From the NCBI GenBank assembly GCA_964019335.1, contig OZ025668.1, forward strand, positions 124,001-188,000: a stretch of DNA of 64,000 nt, in the 5' to 3' direction. The position numbers and the translations under genes were made by a program. This document shows, in pieces, positions 23,311 to 35,247 of this stretch. Position 1 is the stretch's first letter; every line of letters begins with the position of its first letter. The notes under the pieces were generated by a model. That model saw only the letters and a program-made list of their open reading frames with translations, made no database searches and was not told the origin of the DNA. The stretch comes from Diplonema japonicum. Its lineage: Eukaryota; Protista; Euglenozoa: Diplonemea.

Positions 23311-23940
23311 CTATGGCGGGGGCGGTGGAGGAGGAATCATAGGGCCCATGGGCGCGAGGTAGGTACCTTGCTGGGGAGCTGGACCCGAAAGTTGGCCGAG
23401 GCTCGCTCGGTTGCGAGGGGGGGTTGGCGGACGGAGTGGGGGCATCGGCGGGGGGGGTAGATTAGGATATCCTTGGCTAGGGTGACCTTGGCTCGGGTAA
23501 CCTGTGGGAGGTGTAGCAGGATCGGGAAGACCCATGGGCTGAATCACAGGTGCTGGTGCTGGGGGAACCCAGTTTTTCTCTTGCTTGAGGCTCTCCTCGT
23601 ACAGCATCATGGACTCCGGATGGCTTTTGATGTAAGCCTCACACAGCAGCCCTGCAACATCTTCCTCCTTAACATATTCAACCCGTTCCATGCTCCCTCC
23701 TTTATCAGCAGGCATTTTCATCACTCGTATAACTGCAGGCTCTTGTTTATCCTCCACTGCATGACTGTCCACGCCATCTGCAGGCACCCCGGCATTCGCA
23801 ACAGGCAGCATGGGTTCCGAAGCCGGCATTGGGGCTGGTTCTTTACTCTTCGATCCCCTGCAAAAACAGCAAGCTGAAATCACACAGGCAAGAAGCACCA
23901 TCAACCCAGCACCCACATATAGGAAGATGGCAGAGTCCAT
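23311..23940 (-). CDS. Single-pass membrane protein with Cys cluster and Pro-rich tail
   Basis: N-terminal hydrophobic helix followed by CCFCR, then poly-Pro stretches. Confidence 0.65.
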   Translation of the reverse strand: MDSAIFLYVGAGLMVLLACVISACCFCRGSKSKEPAPMPASEPMLPVANAGVPADGVDSHAVEDKQEPAVIRVMKMPADKGGSMERVEYVKEEDVAGLLCEAYIKSHPESMMLYEESLKQEKNWVPPAPAPVIQPMGLPDPATPPTGYPSQGHPSQGYPNLPPPPMPPLRPPTPPRNRASLGQLSGPAPQQGTYLAPMGPMIPPPPPPP

Positions 23941-24097
23941 TGCCACCAACTCGCTACCTGTGCGAAGTGGGGTGTGGTTTAGTTAAATGAAAAAAGAAAT
24001 TCGTTGGCTTCTACCGCCCCGCCAAATGGACAACACGTCGTTACAAAAGGTACAGACCCCCCTTCAAGGAAAGAGGAATAAAAAAAATCTAAGTTAT

Positions 24098-26032
24098 CTA
24101 CTCTCGCATGCTACGCCCAGATAGTAGGCTTTGTGGTGTGGTGGCGCGGTCTGTAGGCGTGGTACACAGTTTGCTCAAATCATACCCACCACCACCACTG
24201 TATCCTCTCCCCGTTCGGAAGCTAGCAGGCAAGCGATCGGGCGGAACGGGGTCGTCTTTCTGTGCACATGGTAATTTAACAAAAAAACGGCATACCACCA
24301 CCAGTAGGCTCGGTGGTGTGCTCGGTGCGTGCTCCAAGGGAACAACCGGTGAGGTCCTGCCATGCCCCTTGCGTGTTTCTCCACTTGTATAGCTGTTTGA
24401 AACAACAAGCGGAGGGTCACCCATAGGAGGCCGCAAAGGCTGTGGCAGAGCCCCCTTCAGCACGTACCTCCTCCCCACCACATTGATACTCTGTTGCACC
24501 TCCAAATGTGGAGGAACCGGTGACGACCTTACTCTGTTACATGGCGGGGGTGTCACAGGGCTGTCTACCCTGCTGTAGCTCACAGCCTTTTGTATCACGT
24601 AGTCAGCCTTCACAGGGGAAGGGCTGTAACACAAGCTGCTATTCTGTCCTGCATCCTTCGGAGGCGTTCTGTGCACAGGATGCTCCTCACGCCCGCCTTG
24701 TGGCGCGGGTGACGATCTAAGCAGCTTGCCTTCTGCAGTGCGCTCACGTTCAGTGGGCCCTTCGATGCCATGAGAAACACGGGTGTAGGTTACACTCTGG
24801 TATGTGGGGGAAGGTGGGTTGTGCTTGTAAGACTCTTGGGGCGGAGGTGGGGACCTTGGCGTGTTCGCGGTCCAGAGGTCTTGCTGCGGCGGTGGTGACT
24901 TTGGTGTGAGCTTCTGGGGGTAGGGTGAAGGTGCCTCATATCGCGACTCTCGCATTTGTGTTGCAGCTGGCATGGTTTGCTGATAGCTATTACTATCATA
25001 GCGTGCACTATGCTGTGCTTGAAGAACTTGTCGCCCGACAGCAGGCCTGTCGTAGCTGTCACGCGCATGTGGCGTATGGTTGTACTTACTCTGCCCTTGC
25101 ATTTTGCTGTCCTGCTGCGGCGACCTAGGTGCATAGTCAACCTTCTGATAAGTACATGTAGGCGAGGGTGGCAGACGGCCTTCCTTGTAGCCTAGCGATG
25201 ACTGCGTGGATAAAGGCGCACTCCTGTCGTCTGGGGGAGGGGGAGACCTGATCCTCTTTTTAGTGGCGCTCACGCTGTCCTGGACCTGATGCGTCTCAGC
25301 ATAAGGTGAGGCGAGGTTAGGTGCATAAGTCAGCGTGTTGCTGTTTCTTCTGTGCTCATAAGCTTCGTGGCGCTTCTCTTTGTAAGTTGCAATGGGTGCG
25401 GTGGGGGGCTTGTAGCTGCTGACGTAGTTGTCCTGGGCTGCTGCAGTGGGAGAGGGTGGTAACGGGTTCTGCCTTCTGCTTCTGTAGGTGCTCTTGTGGA
25501 CGGACTTGTCGCTGAGGTGGTCGTCTTTTGGGGGGAAGGCGGGAGGGAGGCTAGCATCAGCTTTTGTTGAGTCGCCCTGCTTGCCGACAGCAGGAAACGG
25601 ACTCACATAAGACTTAGCTGTAGCTGTCTGTCCTCGCGCCAAGGGAAGAACAGGGTCAGGTGGGGGCACCTGGGGGTGCAGACGTACCGTCTCTGAAGTG
25701 TACTGGTCATGAGTGATTTCACCTGAAGAAAGCGCCTTAAGGAGGTGGGATTGTGTTTTAGGAGGGGGCGGTGGCGGGGCGACAGACGAAGCCCTCCAGG
25801 TAGGCTCCGAATGAACTGTGTCGACAGCCTTTGATCCCTTAGAGCTCCCTGAAGCTGACCTTCCCACAGACACTGTTGTCACCCTCCTCGCTTCAGGTTC
25901 TTCATCCTCTCCCACATCCTCCAGCACTGATCTCAGCTCGCTGGCACACGACACGCCAGGAGGGCTGTAATAACCATCCCCTATCCCGCTCCCGCTCCTC
26001 GCCGCTGATCGTGATCTTGACTTACTGCCCAT
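24098..26032 (-). CDS. Low-complexity Pro/Ser-rich hypothetical protein
   Basis: About 650-aa ORF with many SP/TP motifs; contains a probable in-frame 36-nt intron (GTATGCC...GCACAG). Alternative start at 26059. Confidence 0.6.
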   Translation of the reverse strand: MGSKSRSRSAARSGSGIGDGYYSPPGVSCASELRSVLEDVGEDEEPEARRVTTVSVGRSASGSSKGSKAVDTVHSEPTWRASSVAPPPPPPKTQSHLLKALSSGEITHDQYTSETVRLHPQVPPPDPVLPLARGQTATAKSYVSPFPAVGKQGDSTKADASLPPAFPPKDDHLSDKSVHKSTYRSRRQNPLPPSPTAAAQDNYVSSYKPPTAPIATYKEKRHEAYEHRRNSNTLTYAPNLASPYAETHQVQDSVSATKKRIRSPPPPDDRSAPLSTQSSLGYKEGRLPPSPTCTYQKVDYAPRSPQQDSKMQGQSKYNHTPHARDSYDRPAVGRQVLQAQHSARYDSNSYQQTMPAATQMRESRYEAPSPYPQKLTPKSPPPQQDLWTANTPRSPPPPQESYKHNPPSPTYQSVTYTRVSHGIEGPTERERTAEGKLLRSSPAPQGGREEHPVHRTPPKDAGQNSSLCYSPSPVKADYVIQKAVSYSRVDSPVTPPPCNRVRSSPVPPHLEVQQSINVVGRRYVLKGALPQPLRPPMGDPPLVVSNSYTSGETRKGHGRTSPVVPLEHAPSTPPSLLVVVCRFFVKLPCAQKDDPVPPDRLPASFRTGRGYSGGGGYDLSKLCTTPTDRATTPQSLLSGRSMRE

Positions 26033-26316
26033 TCTCCCTCTTGTCTTCCCCCATATCATCACCCGATCAACATCGGCGGCCTGTGGATGGTTTGGTGTTT
26101 TCTTACAAGGTGTTAATCAGGGGGCTTGTAGAATACAGGAAAATGGAAAAGATGAGGGGGAAGGTGCCCCACATCGTACACTGCGCTTCCCTCAAAGAAA
26201 GAGAGAAAAAAAGATACACTTTACGTGGTAGTTTTAGTACGAGGGAAGGGAGGGGATATTTACGGAACTGACATGAGAACAAAAAGGAAAACTCTCAAGA
26301 AGATCAATGACCTTTC

Positions 26317-26666
26317 TTACGACTTTGCTGCGGCAGCTGCGGCAAGCTCCTCTTGGACCATCTGCCTGGCGGTCTTGGACCCGTTTGGTCCGTAGTTGCC
26401 GATTATGTCATCACCGATGCCAATCACACCAGTGTCACGTCTTTTGTTGAATAGCTGTTTTTTTTTTCTTTTTCCCCTTCTTCCCCCCCCCTCAAGAAAG
26501 TTACTTAGAACACATACAATCCCCTTATGCACATCAGCGGTAGTCATGTAATAGGTATACGCCGCCACTGTGACCCCCATCGTGGCCCAAAACCATCTCG
26601 GCGCACTCGCCCAACCCCATCTGTGTTCATTTAAGAAGTAGAACAAACAACATACGTCTCTCGCAT
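26317..26666 (-). CDS. Small single-TM hypothetical protein (spliced)
   Basis: RWFWATMGVTVAAYTYYM helix; probable 35-nt and 63-nt GT-AG introns; start uncertain. Confidence 0.5.
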
Positions 26667-26832
26667 CTTAGGGATCGAGAGTGGTTTCGCCCCCTTTGAC
26701 TTGTTGTCCAATTTGAAGTATCCCTCCATTTTCTTTCCTCTTTATATTCCCTTAGTAAAGATGCTTCTGCTAAGAAGGACACATACGGGGAAAAAAGAAA
26801 AAAAAAAAAGAAACATTAGCGGCACGTCTCCA

Positions 26833-28446
26833 TCATGTAAATGTGGATTGGTTGTCTTCTATTTTGCCGTCATGCTTATCGCGCGATCGGCTATGGGTTC
26901 TCTTTTTCCTTTTTGGCGAGGCTTCTGTATGTCCCACAAAGCCTGCTGCAGGGCTCGGAACCTGTTTCTTCCCTTCCTCCTGATCTCCGAACACCGGCGT
27001 GGGAGGCGGGTGAAGCAGAGAAAGCTCCCCACCCGGCTGCATTCTGTCCCTGTCCACCTCATGCAGCTTCTTGCCCGATGGGGTCAAAATCTGTATCGTG
27101 GGGCTCACACCGGTCCCCCGACGTGACCCCCTTGGCTCCATTTCGATGACTGACCCACGCCCCGAAATGTTGTCCTGTACTAAGTCGCTGATGCTCTTCC
27201 GTGTTTTGCCGGACACCTAAAGGAATGAAAAGTTGTTGTGAACCCATACCATGCCGGCGGTAGTCGGGCGCACCTTCCAAGCAACTAAGACCAGAACCAG
27301 GACAAGCGCCACAACAGGAGCCGCAATGATGAGAGGCAGCAGAGGAATACCTTCATCTTTCGAGTTCGTGGGGGCTGGGGTTGCAGGGATTGGGGGTGAG
27401 GGTACTGTGGGGACCAAAGGGACCAAGGTGTACGGTGCCTCTGTTACGTACCTGCACTCGCGTGACAGCTCGCAGTGCAGGGGGCTGGTCATAGCTGATG
27501 AATGAGGTGTGTAGGGCATTGTACTCGAGTTGTAGGTCATGTTGCACAGACCGGCGACAGGGTCGTACGTGTAAAACGCGCACTGCGGGTTGCTGCTGCA
27601 TAAGGACCAGCACGACGCCTTGTCACTCGCATGTTCGGTGTTCTCCTGACCACCCACGGAACCAGGTACCCTGCAGTCAGTGGACTTGCAGCAGAAGACA
27701 TCCTCATAGAATGAGTCAGGTCCCCACCCAGCTTGGTCGAAGACTTGGATACCACCGCAAGTGTTCTTCTCGCCGACCTGCACCCACCCGTTGTGAGTGG
27801 AGCCTACAGGCGCCCACCTGCTGCCATCGAACGAGGTGTTGCCCAACTCAGAGCATATCTCCGCCATACTGCAAAGTCGTGAGTGGTTCTTCTTACAATA
27901 TGCATGTGAATCCTCCCAAGCAGTGTCCGCAGAGTGGGTGTCGTGCGAAACACTCTGTTTCTCGTAGCGCACTAGCCCCTGATCACGGGTGCTTGTGGGA
28001 ACGCAGTCAGACACCAGCGTGCATGGTGTGCTGCTGTTTGCCTCCCAAGTGAAGGAGCTGCACCCGTGTGTTGTAGCGCAGATCCCCGAGCATTGGAAGA
28101 TGCTGTTGGCATTGGCCTGCGGTTCACCTTCTTTGCATTGCGCGTCTTGCGCCTTGTAGCCTACTAAGTTCTTCGACCAGGACGTACCGTTGCCACCCCA
28201 AGCGTGGCAGTCAGAAAGCAGCACGCACCCAGTCTCTTCCCATGTGCTGTACCAACATGTTTGCATGCTTGAACACTTGTTCACACACTGAACAGGGCTG
28301 CTGGCCTCTACCCCTACACACCCCTCGCACTCCAAGCACGATCCTGCAATTTCCTCGTAAGTGTCTCCCACCACATCAACACCTGTGCCAGTCCATTCGC
28401 ACCGCAGTTCAACAGTTCCTATTGCTGCGAACCATAACATAAGCAT
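26833..28446 (-). CDS. Type I membrane protein with PAN/Apple-like Cys-rich ectodomains
   Basis: Signal peptide, repeated C-x3-C-x5-C-x2-F/Y-x-W/Y units, Pro/Thr stalk and TM helix. A 33-nt intron joins to the cytoplasmic tail VSGKTRKS... Confidence 0.75.
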
Positions 28447-28528
28447 AGCTGTGCTAGGTGCTGATATTATTCTTATAATACAAATACGAAGACACTCAGA
28501 AAGAGAAAGTGTTAAGAAAAGCTCCTCT

Positions 28529-30993
28529 TCAGACCCCCGACCGTGTTCTGTAGTACATCATGAACACGATGGACATAAAGAGTAGAATCGGGATCCCCAC
28601 GTAGATCCCGATCGTGAGCGCATCGGCCTCGTCACCGCCGGGCAGCACTGTATTGAGGTAGGTGCGGCAGATGGAGCGGGATATCTTAACAGCGGGGTTC
28701 TCCGGCAGAGCGGTGGGTGCAGCTTTCAGAGCTTCTTCGGAAGGTTTTGAGAGCACTGCTTGTGAAAACCAGTGCTTCCGCCCGTCAGCAAAGTAGATGA
28801 GTGCCGAGTCGAGGTTTGTTTGGCAGATGAGCCCTGCCTTGCCCAAGTAATTCAACTTATCGTCGTTCCACCCACATGTTGCATACTTGCATTTTGTACA
28901 CACCATCTCACAATCTGTGTTGATTTGAGCATGCTCCCCTTCGTAAAACCGTATTTCGACACTACCGCTCGCCTCCATTTTGCGCATCAAGTTCTCCAGT
29001 GCGAACTCCTCTTCCTCAAATGCGTTCTCAACACGTTCTACAGGACGTGATGGTGCAACGTGCACCACAACAGACGGGCTTGCCGGTCTGGGAAGGACAG
29101 GCTTGCTGACCAATTCCATCGCTTCATGTTTTACCCTATAAACCAGCGACCCACGGAATATCTCTTCCTCTTCTTGCACGCGGATCCTTTGCGTTTCTTC
29201 ATCATCGACTAGCTTCTTCAAAGACTCCGTAACGAGCAAATAATGAACCTGAAAGCCACTTCCCTGTTGGTGGTGATGTGGTGATCAGAACACGCGGGGC
29301 ATACCTCCAATTTCTTCGCTGCAACAGCCTGCTCGGCTGCGATACTCTTGCGGTCTTCCTGTGTTTTTCTGCTCGTACAATGTTAAGTTGCCACGTACCT
29401 GCTCAAGCTTCATGCAGCACCTGACGTACAGTGGGTCGTAGTCGTAGGTTGCTTCGATGGAGTCGCGTAGCGTGCATTCCGTCAGCTCGCAGTAAATAAG
29501 GTTGTAAGTGTAGTAAGAAGTGCTGGATACGATAGAGCGCGACTGCGACTCGGCGATGAAGAAATCATTCTTTTGCTTGCTTAGGGAGTGGAGCCATGAT
29601 TGGTAGGCAGAATAGATGCTGGCTAGCTGCCGCAACATGTCAGCAAGTCCCATTTCTGCTTCCTCACGCAAAGCATGCCTCTCCCTGTGCTCTGTGTCTA
29701 TTAGAATCTTTGTAATGCGCATCTCTTCTGCAACACGTCGTCTCTCTTCTATCATTGACTCAGACCTTGCCACGTACTCGTCGTCTTCCAGTTCGCACCT
29801 CCCGTTTGCCTCCTCTATCAACGCCAACTCTCGTGCGGTGTGCTCTGCTCCCTCAAGATCTCGTCGCGCTCTGTCATGTTTGATTTTAATTAGTTCGTTT
29901 CATACCTAGCATGAGCCTTCCCCATTTGTGTCCTCTTCGCCTCGATCTCCGACTTAAAAGCGGAAAGCAGAATTTGCTGCAAAGATATGATCTCCTGCAC
30001 TTCCAGGTCCTCCTCGTTGTAGAGCATCTTCCTCTCGCGCTCTTCGTCGATGATGGTGTTCCGAAGCGCTTCCTTCTGAAGCTCTTCCTTCTCTGCCCCT
30101 TCACGTAGTTTTGCCTTTCGGCTGTTCAGCTCGTCAACGAGAAGGGCCCTCCAGGTCTCCTCCTCGAGGTTTACGAACATTCTACGGCTATCAGTTTCGC
30201 TCACTAATGTATACTCGACTTGCTGTTCGTTGTGCAGCGTCAAGAGCTGTCCAAGGCATGCCTCCTGCATCGTGTCCAGCTCCGCGAGGACTGTGGACAG
30301 GTACTCCTCTGCAATGGTTCCCCATTCAGTGTCGTCGCGCTGCGCATGCTCCTGAAACAACAGAGCTTCCCAGTTGCTGTTCTCAGAGCTGAGCATGGCT
30401 TCCCTGTCTTCTGTTTCCGACGTTTCGAGACCTTCTCGCGCTTTGCGCTCGTTTTCTTTTTGCTCTTCTTCATATCGCAGAATGCTGACCAACCATTCAC
30501 ACAAAGACACCCACCTGGCATCCTCTTCGTCTTCGATGAGCCCTCGCTGCGCCCCCTCTTCAGCCTCCATCACGTACATGGCGTACACCTGGTGCGCTTC
30601 GGATGTTGTTTCGTCGTTTTGAACCGCTCGCCGTTCATCATCTTCTTCAAGCACGGCAGTGTCCCTCGCAGTGTGGTACTCAAGGGATAGAGTGTGGATG
30701 TCGGTGAAGGCAGCGATGGCGGTGTTGCGCTCATCGGATATTAAAGCCCTTCTGAAAGGTTCTTCGCATTCGTGGTGTGTCGTGAGCAGGAACTCGTACC
30801 ATGGGGGGTACATGAGGTTCCTGTTGATGTCTTCCTGTCCGTCGATCTCTTGCCGTGCCTCCTCTTCCCCCTCCTCTACCTCCCCACGTTCCGCCAACAA
30901 CGCTTCCGTTGTCTTGATGACGACATCTTGCACGTTCTCAGACGCCGCCTTACCTGGTATCGCTTCCTCGAGCTTGTCCAGCCATTTGAACAT
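28529..30993 (-). CDS. Glu-rich coiled-coil protein with a Mind-bomb SH3-like domain and C-terminal TM anchor (4 exons)
   Basis: Three ORFs joined by ~35-41-nt GT-AG introns; GWNDDKLNYLGKAG...IYFADGRKHWFSQAVL resembles the Mib SH3-like repeat; hydrophobic tail IGIYVGIPILLFMSIVFMMYY. Confidence 0.6.
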
Positions 30994-31083
30994 CCCACAG
31001 CGACAACGATACCTAGAAGTGTCGTTAAAATAAACAGTGGGGGGGAAGAAGAAGAAAAAGAAAATAAAGAAATGTCCGTAATT

Positions 31084-31369
31084 CTACACGTATTTGTACG
31101 GATTTATCGGGGAGGCCCCCTGCCCCAAGGCCCCAGGGTCCACGCTCACCTTGCTGAACTGTGACCGTCTGCTCTCCCTTTTCAACACCTTCCTGTTCAA
31201 GATCCCGCTGCAGCTGTTTATTTAATCGTCTTCTTTTGCAACAATCCGGTTTTGCATACCTCTTGCACACCAGCTTCGTGATGGGCCCCTCGAACTCTGT
31301 TACCTTCCCCTTGCACATGGCGGGCACGTAATCCATGCACGCCCACTGCTTAATGTGCTTGAGGTCCAT
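31084..31369 (-). CDS. Small zinc-ribbon protein (weakly RPB12-like)
   Basis: Splicing a 46-nt intron (31259-31214) gives WACMDYVPAMC...LVCKSCSGILNRK, four Cys residues. The family assignment is weak. Confidence 0.4.
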
Positions 31370-31521
31370 GGCCTCGTGTAAATCTGTGTTAAGAATTGTT
31401 GAAAAAGATCAAAACACACAAAAAAAAAGAAGAAGAAAATAAAACAGACAATTGTGTAAATTGAAGAAGCGCCATGCGGTTGACTGATGGCGAGATGCAA
31501 GATGTAGGAAAGTACTCCTAG

Positions 31522-34500
31522 CTAGTGGGAGAAAGCTTCCAGGAAGTCACTTACGAAGGATGTGCCCTTCTGGGGGTGCCTGGGCGGTGTGAGTGATGGT
31601 GAGGGGACTTCGGGTGAGGATGAGTTACGTGCCGGAGGAGGTCTCTTGTCCCAGTGTACTGCGGGTGGCAGTTCAGGCTCGAAGTTCTTGGGAAGCACGT
31701 TCTGTTCCAAAGGCTTGAATGGCTTCGGCTTGATGTTGAACTTGTTAACCACTTGCCTGTCCGACCTCACAGAGGGGTGCAGCACTCTCTCTGGAACGGG
31801 TATTGTCGGCACAGGTTCGGGTAGAGCAGAGACACATAATGGAGTGGAAGGTTCGCAGTCCATTTTCAAGAGCAACCTTTTTGCGCTTTGGAACTCTTCC
31901 TTACTCAGGAAGCCCTGTGTCACCATTTCAGTCAGCTTTGCCAGCTGATCGATCAGCGACACATGAGAAGACGCGGAAGTCGAGGATACTGCACTCGGTA
32001 CAGGTGGCGGCGTTTGGCACTGCACCTGCACCTTCATTGCCTTAGGGTGGAGTAGAGGCTCATCTGATACAAGAGGCTCATCAGGTACTGCCTCGCTAAA
32101 AACATTCTCATTAAATGCTGGTGGCTCAAGCTCTTTTTCTGCCTCGGGGAGAGGAGGCTGAGTGCTCACTGGGGCAACCCCCATACTCATGCCAAGTCCC
32201 CTACTCTCAAGTCCAAGGTCGAATCTCCGTCGCTTGGAGGAAGGCAGGCGCACTGGCATCTCCGACACCTCTGGCACAGGGTCACTGTCACCGAAGTCTA
32301 TGTCAAGACCAAGGATGTCAGGAGGTTCGTTCTGGGGATGGGGAGTATCGAAGTCTAAGGCGCACATCTCTTCAGAAGGATCTACACTACCATCCCTAAA
32401 CACAGGAGTACGGTCCTGAAACCCGAAAGACAAGCTGCTGGCAGATACGCTGCACTGAGAGGTGGGCGGCGTAACGCTCTTACCTTTTTCTCTTTCCTCG
32501 TAGTCGCTCGAGAGTGGCAGCTGAAACTTGGTGAGTGCCGCTGTGGGCATTCCCTTGCGCTCTCTCCCGTTTAGCGTCTGCAGCATTTTGAGGTGGACCT
32601 CTTGTGGGTCGGGAATAGGCTTATTAGGAGGTGCCGAGGGTTTGACCTTCCCCTTCGGTGTTGGATTTGGTTTTGTGGGGCTGAGGCTGGGTTGTTTTTT
32701 CGTTTGCTTAGGTAAAGGAGCGGAGGTGGGAGAAGGAGTGCTAGAAATAGGCTCACGCGAAACTGGCACTACCGAATCTTCAACTAGCGTGGGGGCCTGT
32801 GGGGGAGGGGTGCGCAGCTGGAAGGACCTGCTTGTGTCGATGCCCAGCCACATGTCGTTCACAATCCAAGTTTTCAACGTGATGGCAGAACTAGGGACAG
32901 GGAAGTGCGCTGTGAAGGTATGCATGTCAGGTGGCACGCGGCGGTGGCAAACAAGCTTGTCGCTGTCCGTTGAAGCCAAGACGACGCAGGCAACAGGAGG
33001 GGCACCGATGGACGTTTTGTGCAGCGTGAGGGTCTCCGCTTTGTAGGTGACAGTGTACGTGGGCAATGAAGATACAAAAGACTTGATGTTAATCCCAAAG
33101 GGAGCAGCGCGGCCAGTGACCTGCTCAATCCTGCAAGCGTCAGCTGCCTTCAGGTCGTTGAAGGTCGTGATGCCGATGCTGCCTAACGACGACGACATGA
33201 CGGAGCCCACGCCCTCTAGCTGCCGCAGTAGCTCCCCGGATTCCCACATCTTACGCTTCACTGACCTGAGCAGGCTATATCCGTTCACCATCATAAGGCA
33301 GTGCTCCTTTGCGTCGCCACACTCGATGAGGTGCCTAAGGAGCCGAGGGAATAAGCACACGACCCTCCCCTGATCGTTTTTGATGGACCACTCGTCAATG
33401 GTTACCTCTTGAACCCAGCATTGTATGAGGATGTACACCTTGTGCCACGACTCCGACACGTTCTTCTGCTTCCCATTGTGCATCAAAGGGTGCCTCAGCT
33501 TTTTGTTGTAGTCGTTAAGCAGCTTCTTCTCGCCCTGGCGCAGCCGAAGCTCCTCGAACTCGCCACACTTGCTGATCACCTCCAGCACGTCGGAGATGGT
33601 CATACTAGGCGCGCAGTGCTTGTGGATCACGTACACGCTCTTGTAAGATAAGTAGTTGCGTGCCATGCTTTTGCCAATTCGCGTTGCTTCCAGGTTGCCA
33701 TTCTTCTGCATCGTCACGCACTCTGCTGCAACCAGGTTCGCGATGATGTGGTCGGCTTGGTGGTGAAGCTTTGTGTCCAACTCGTCACCCGCCAAGTTGT
33801 CATAGCCGTAGTAGCTAGGGTTGCTGTGCACACGTATCCAGAAGAAGGTGGTGCGGAACCACTCCATGACTATGTCGCTCGTGTTGATGGTGCGCAGCAC
33901 GATCTCAGCGTTGACGTGTTCGATGTTGCACTCGCCCAGCTTCGACTCCACAACGTTTGCCTCGGTTGCGACCTGCTGCAGGCGCGCCTTCTGATCGTTT
34001 GACGTGAGGATCACAGCCACACCCTTGTCGTCGAGCCCTGCCCGCCCTGCACGTCCCGCCATCTGCATCACCATACTGCTTGTGAGCTCCTCTGTCTTCC
34101 CGTTCACGAAATGCGCGGTCCCTTTAATGACCACCAGCCTTGCAGGGAGGTTCACCCCCAGTGCCAATGTCGATGTCGTGCAGAGTATCAACACTTTTCT
34201 CCCGAAAAAGAGCTGTTCAACGAATGTCCTCTCGGCAGGCATCAGCCCTGCGTGGTGGAAGGCCGTGCCCTTCTTGAGGCACTCGATGAGCTGCTTGTTG
34301 CACACGTCAGACGGGATGTCGACAGGGGGTGTGGTCGTGGTGTTGATGCTGAGGTTCTGCGCGATGTGAACCGCGGTGAGCGCAGCAGCACGACGTGTGT
34401 GGCAGAAGATCAAGGCGGGCTTGCCTTGGCCGTACTCGACAAGGATGTTGGGGATCTTGTAGGTGAGGTACTTCTCGAAGACAAAGGGGGTGGTCTTGGC

Positions 34501-35247
34501 TTGGTACGAGAGAACGACGAGGCCAAGGGGCACAGGACGGTCGGTGGGGGAAAACGTGATAACGTTGGCTCGCGGAGCGCAGAGCCAGTCCCCAATATCA
34601 GGGGCATTGGACATTGTGGCCGAGATCGCAACAAAACGAAGGTGTGACGCAGCATGGGCTTCCCTGCCGCCGCTGCTGCCGGACCTTTGGTGCGCGCTTC
34701 TAATGGTCTTCATGCGTGACACCAGTGCTTCAAGCACTGTGCCACGCCGCTCAGCGAGAAGATGTACTTCATCGAGAAGAATGAGACCTATGTCCCGTAC
34801 GCAGGTGGTGATTACTGCCTCGCGCCATCTTCTTGTAACGGAGTCGAACTTCTCGGGGGTTGTGATGATGATGTCCGTGCTGAGGATGTGCTGGATGTGG
34901 TCCTCATGTTCGCCTTCAGTGTCGCCGGTGATGCTTTGCACCCTTATGCCCAACGGAGCGAAGTCCTTCTCCCATTCGCACGCCTTCTCGTATGCCAACG
35001 CCTTAATAGGTGCAATGTACACAGCTTTCAGACGGTTCCTCCCATTGCTGCGGTTTCCCTTAAAGAGGCGGAGAATAGCCAAGACCATTAGAACAGTCTT
35101 GCCGCTCCCTGTCGGCGCACTGACAACTACACTGCTGTCGCTTCCTAGTAAGATGTCCACACATCGTGCCTGGACCTTGTTGAAGTCGGTAAAGTTGAAG
35201 TTGAACTCCATTCCATGTCGTGATAAAGCTTCTTTCGCGTTGCACAT
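31522..35247 (-). CDS. MER3: MER3/HFM1 meiotic Ski2-like DNA helicase with Sec63 domain
   Basis: FNKVQ, APTGSGKT, YIAPIKALA, TTPEKFDSVTRRW, DEVH, SAT, FHHAGL, TSTLALGVNLPA, QMAGRAGR; single helicase cassette plus Sec63 (EFEELRLRQGEKKLL). Confidence 0.88.
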   Translation of the reverse strand: MCNAKEALSRHGMEFNFNFTDFNKVQARCVDILLGSDSSVVVSAPTGSGKTVLMVLAILRLFKGNRSNGRNRLKAVYIAPIKALAYEKACEWEKDFAPLGIRVQSITGDTEGEHEDHIQHILSTDIIITTPEKFDSVTRRWREAVITTCVRDIGLILLDEVHLLAERRGTVLEALVSRMKTIRSAHQRSGSSGGREAHAASHLRFVAISATMSNAPDIGDWLCAPRANVITFSPTDRPVPLGLVVLSYQAKTTPFVFEKYLTYKIPNILVEYGQGKPALIFCHTRRAAALTAVHIAQNLSINTTTTPPVDIPSDVCNKQLIECLKKGTAFHHAGLMPAERTFVEQLFFGRKVLILCTTSTLALGVNLPARLVVIKGTAHFVNGKTEELTSSMVMQMAGRAGRAGLDDKGVAVILTSNDQKARLQQVATEANVVESKLGECNIEHVNAEIVLRTINTSDIVMEWFRTTFFWIRVHSNPSYYGYDNLAGDELDTKLHHQADHIIANLVAAECVTMQKNGNLEATRIGKSMARNYLSYKSVYVIHKHCAPSMTISDVLEVISKCGEFEELRLRQGEKKLLNDYNKKLRHPLMHNGKQKNVSESWHKVYILIQCWVQEVTIDEWSIKNDQGRVVCLFPRLLRHLIECGDAKEHCLMMVNGYSLLRSVKRKMWESGELLRQLEGVGSVMSSSLGSIGITTFNDLKAADACRIEQVTGRAAPFGINIKSFVSSLPTYTVTYKAETLTLHKTSIGAPPVACVVLASTDSDKLVCHRRVPPDMHTFTAHFPVPSSAITLKTWIVNDMWLGIDTSRSFQLRTPPPQAPTLVEDSVVPVSREPISSTPSPTSAPLPKQTKKQPSLSPTKPNPTPKGKVKPSAPPNKPIPDPQEVHLKMLQTLNGRERKGMPTAALTKFQLPLSSDYEEREKGKSVTPPTSQCSVSASSLSFGFQDRTPVFRDGSVDPSEEMCALDFDTPHPQNEPPDILGLDIDFGDSDPVPEVSEMPVRLPSSKRRRFDLGLESRGLGMSMGVAPVSTQPPLPEAEKELEPPAFNENVFSEAVPDEPLVSDEPLLHPKAMKVQVQCQTPPPVPSAVSSTSASSHVSLIDQLAKLTEMVTQGFLSKEEFQSAKRLLLKMDCEPSTPLCVSALPEPVPTIPVPERVLHPSVRSDRQVVNKFNIKPKPFKPLEQNVLPKNFEPELPPAVHWDKRPPPARNSSSPEVPSPSLTPPRHPQKGTSFVSDFLEAFSH

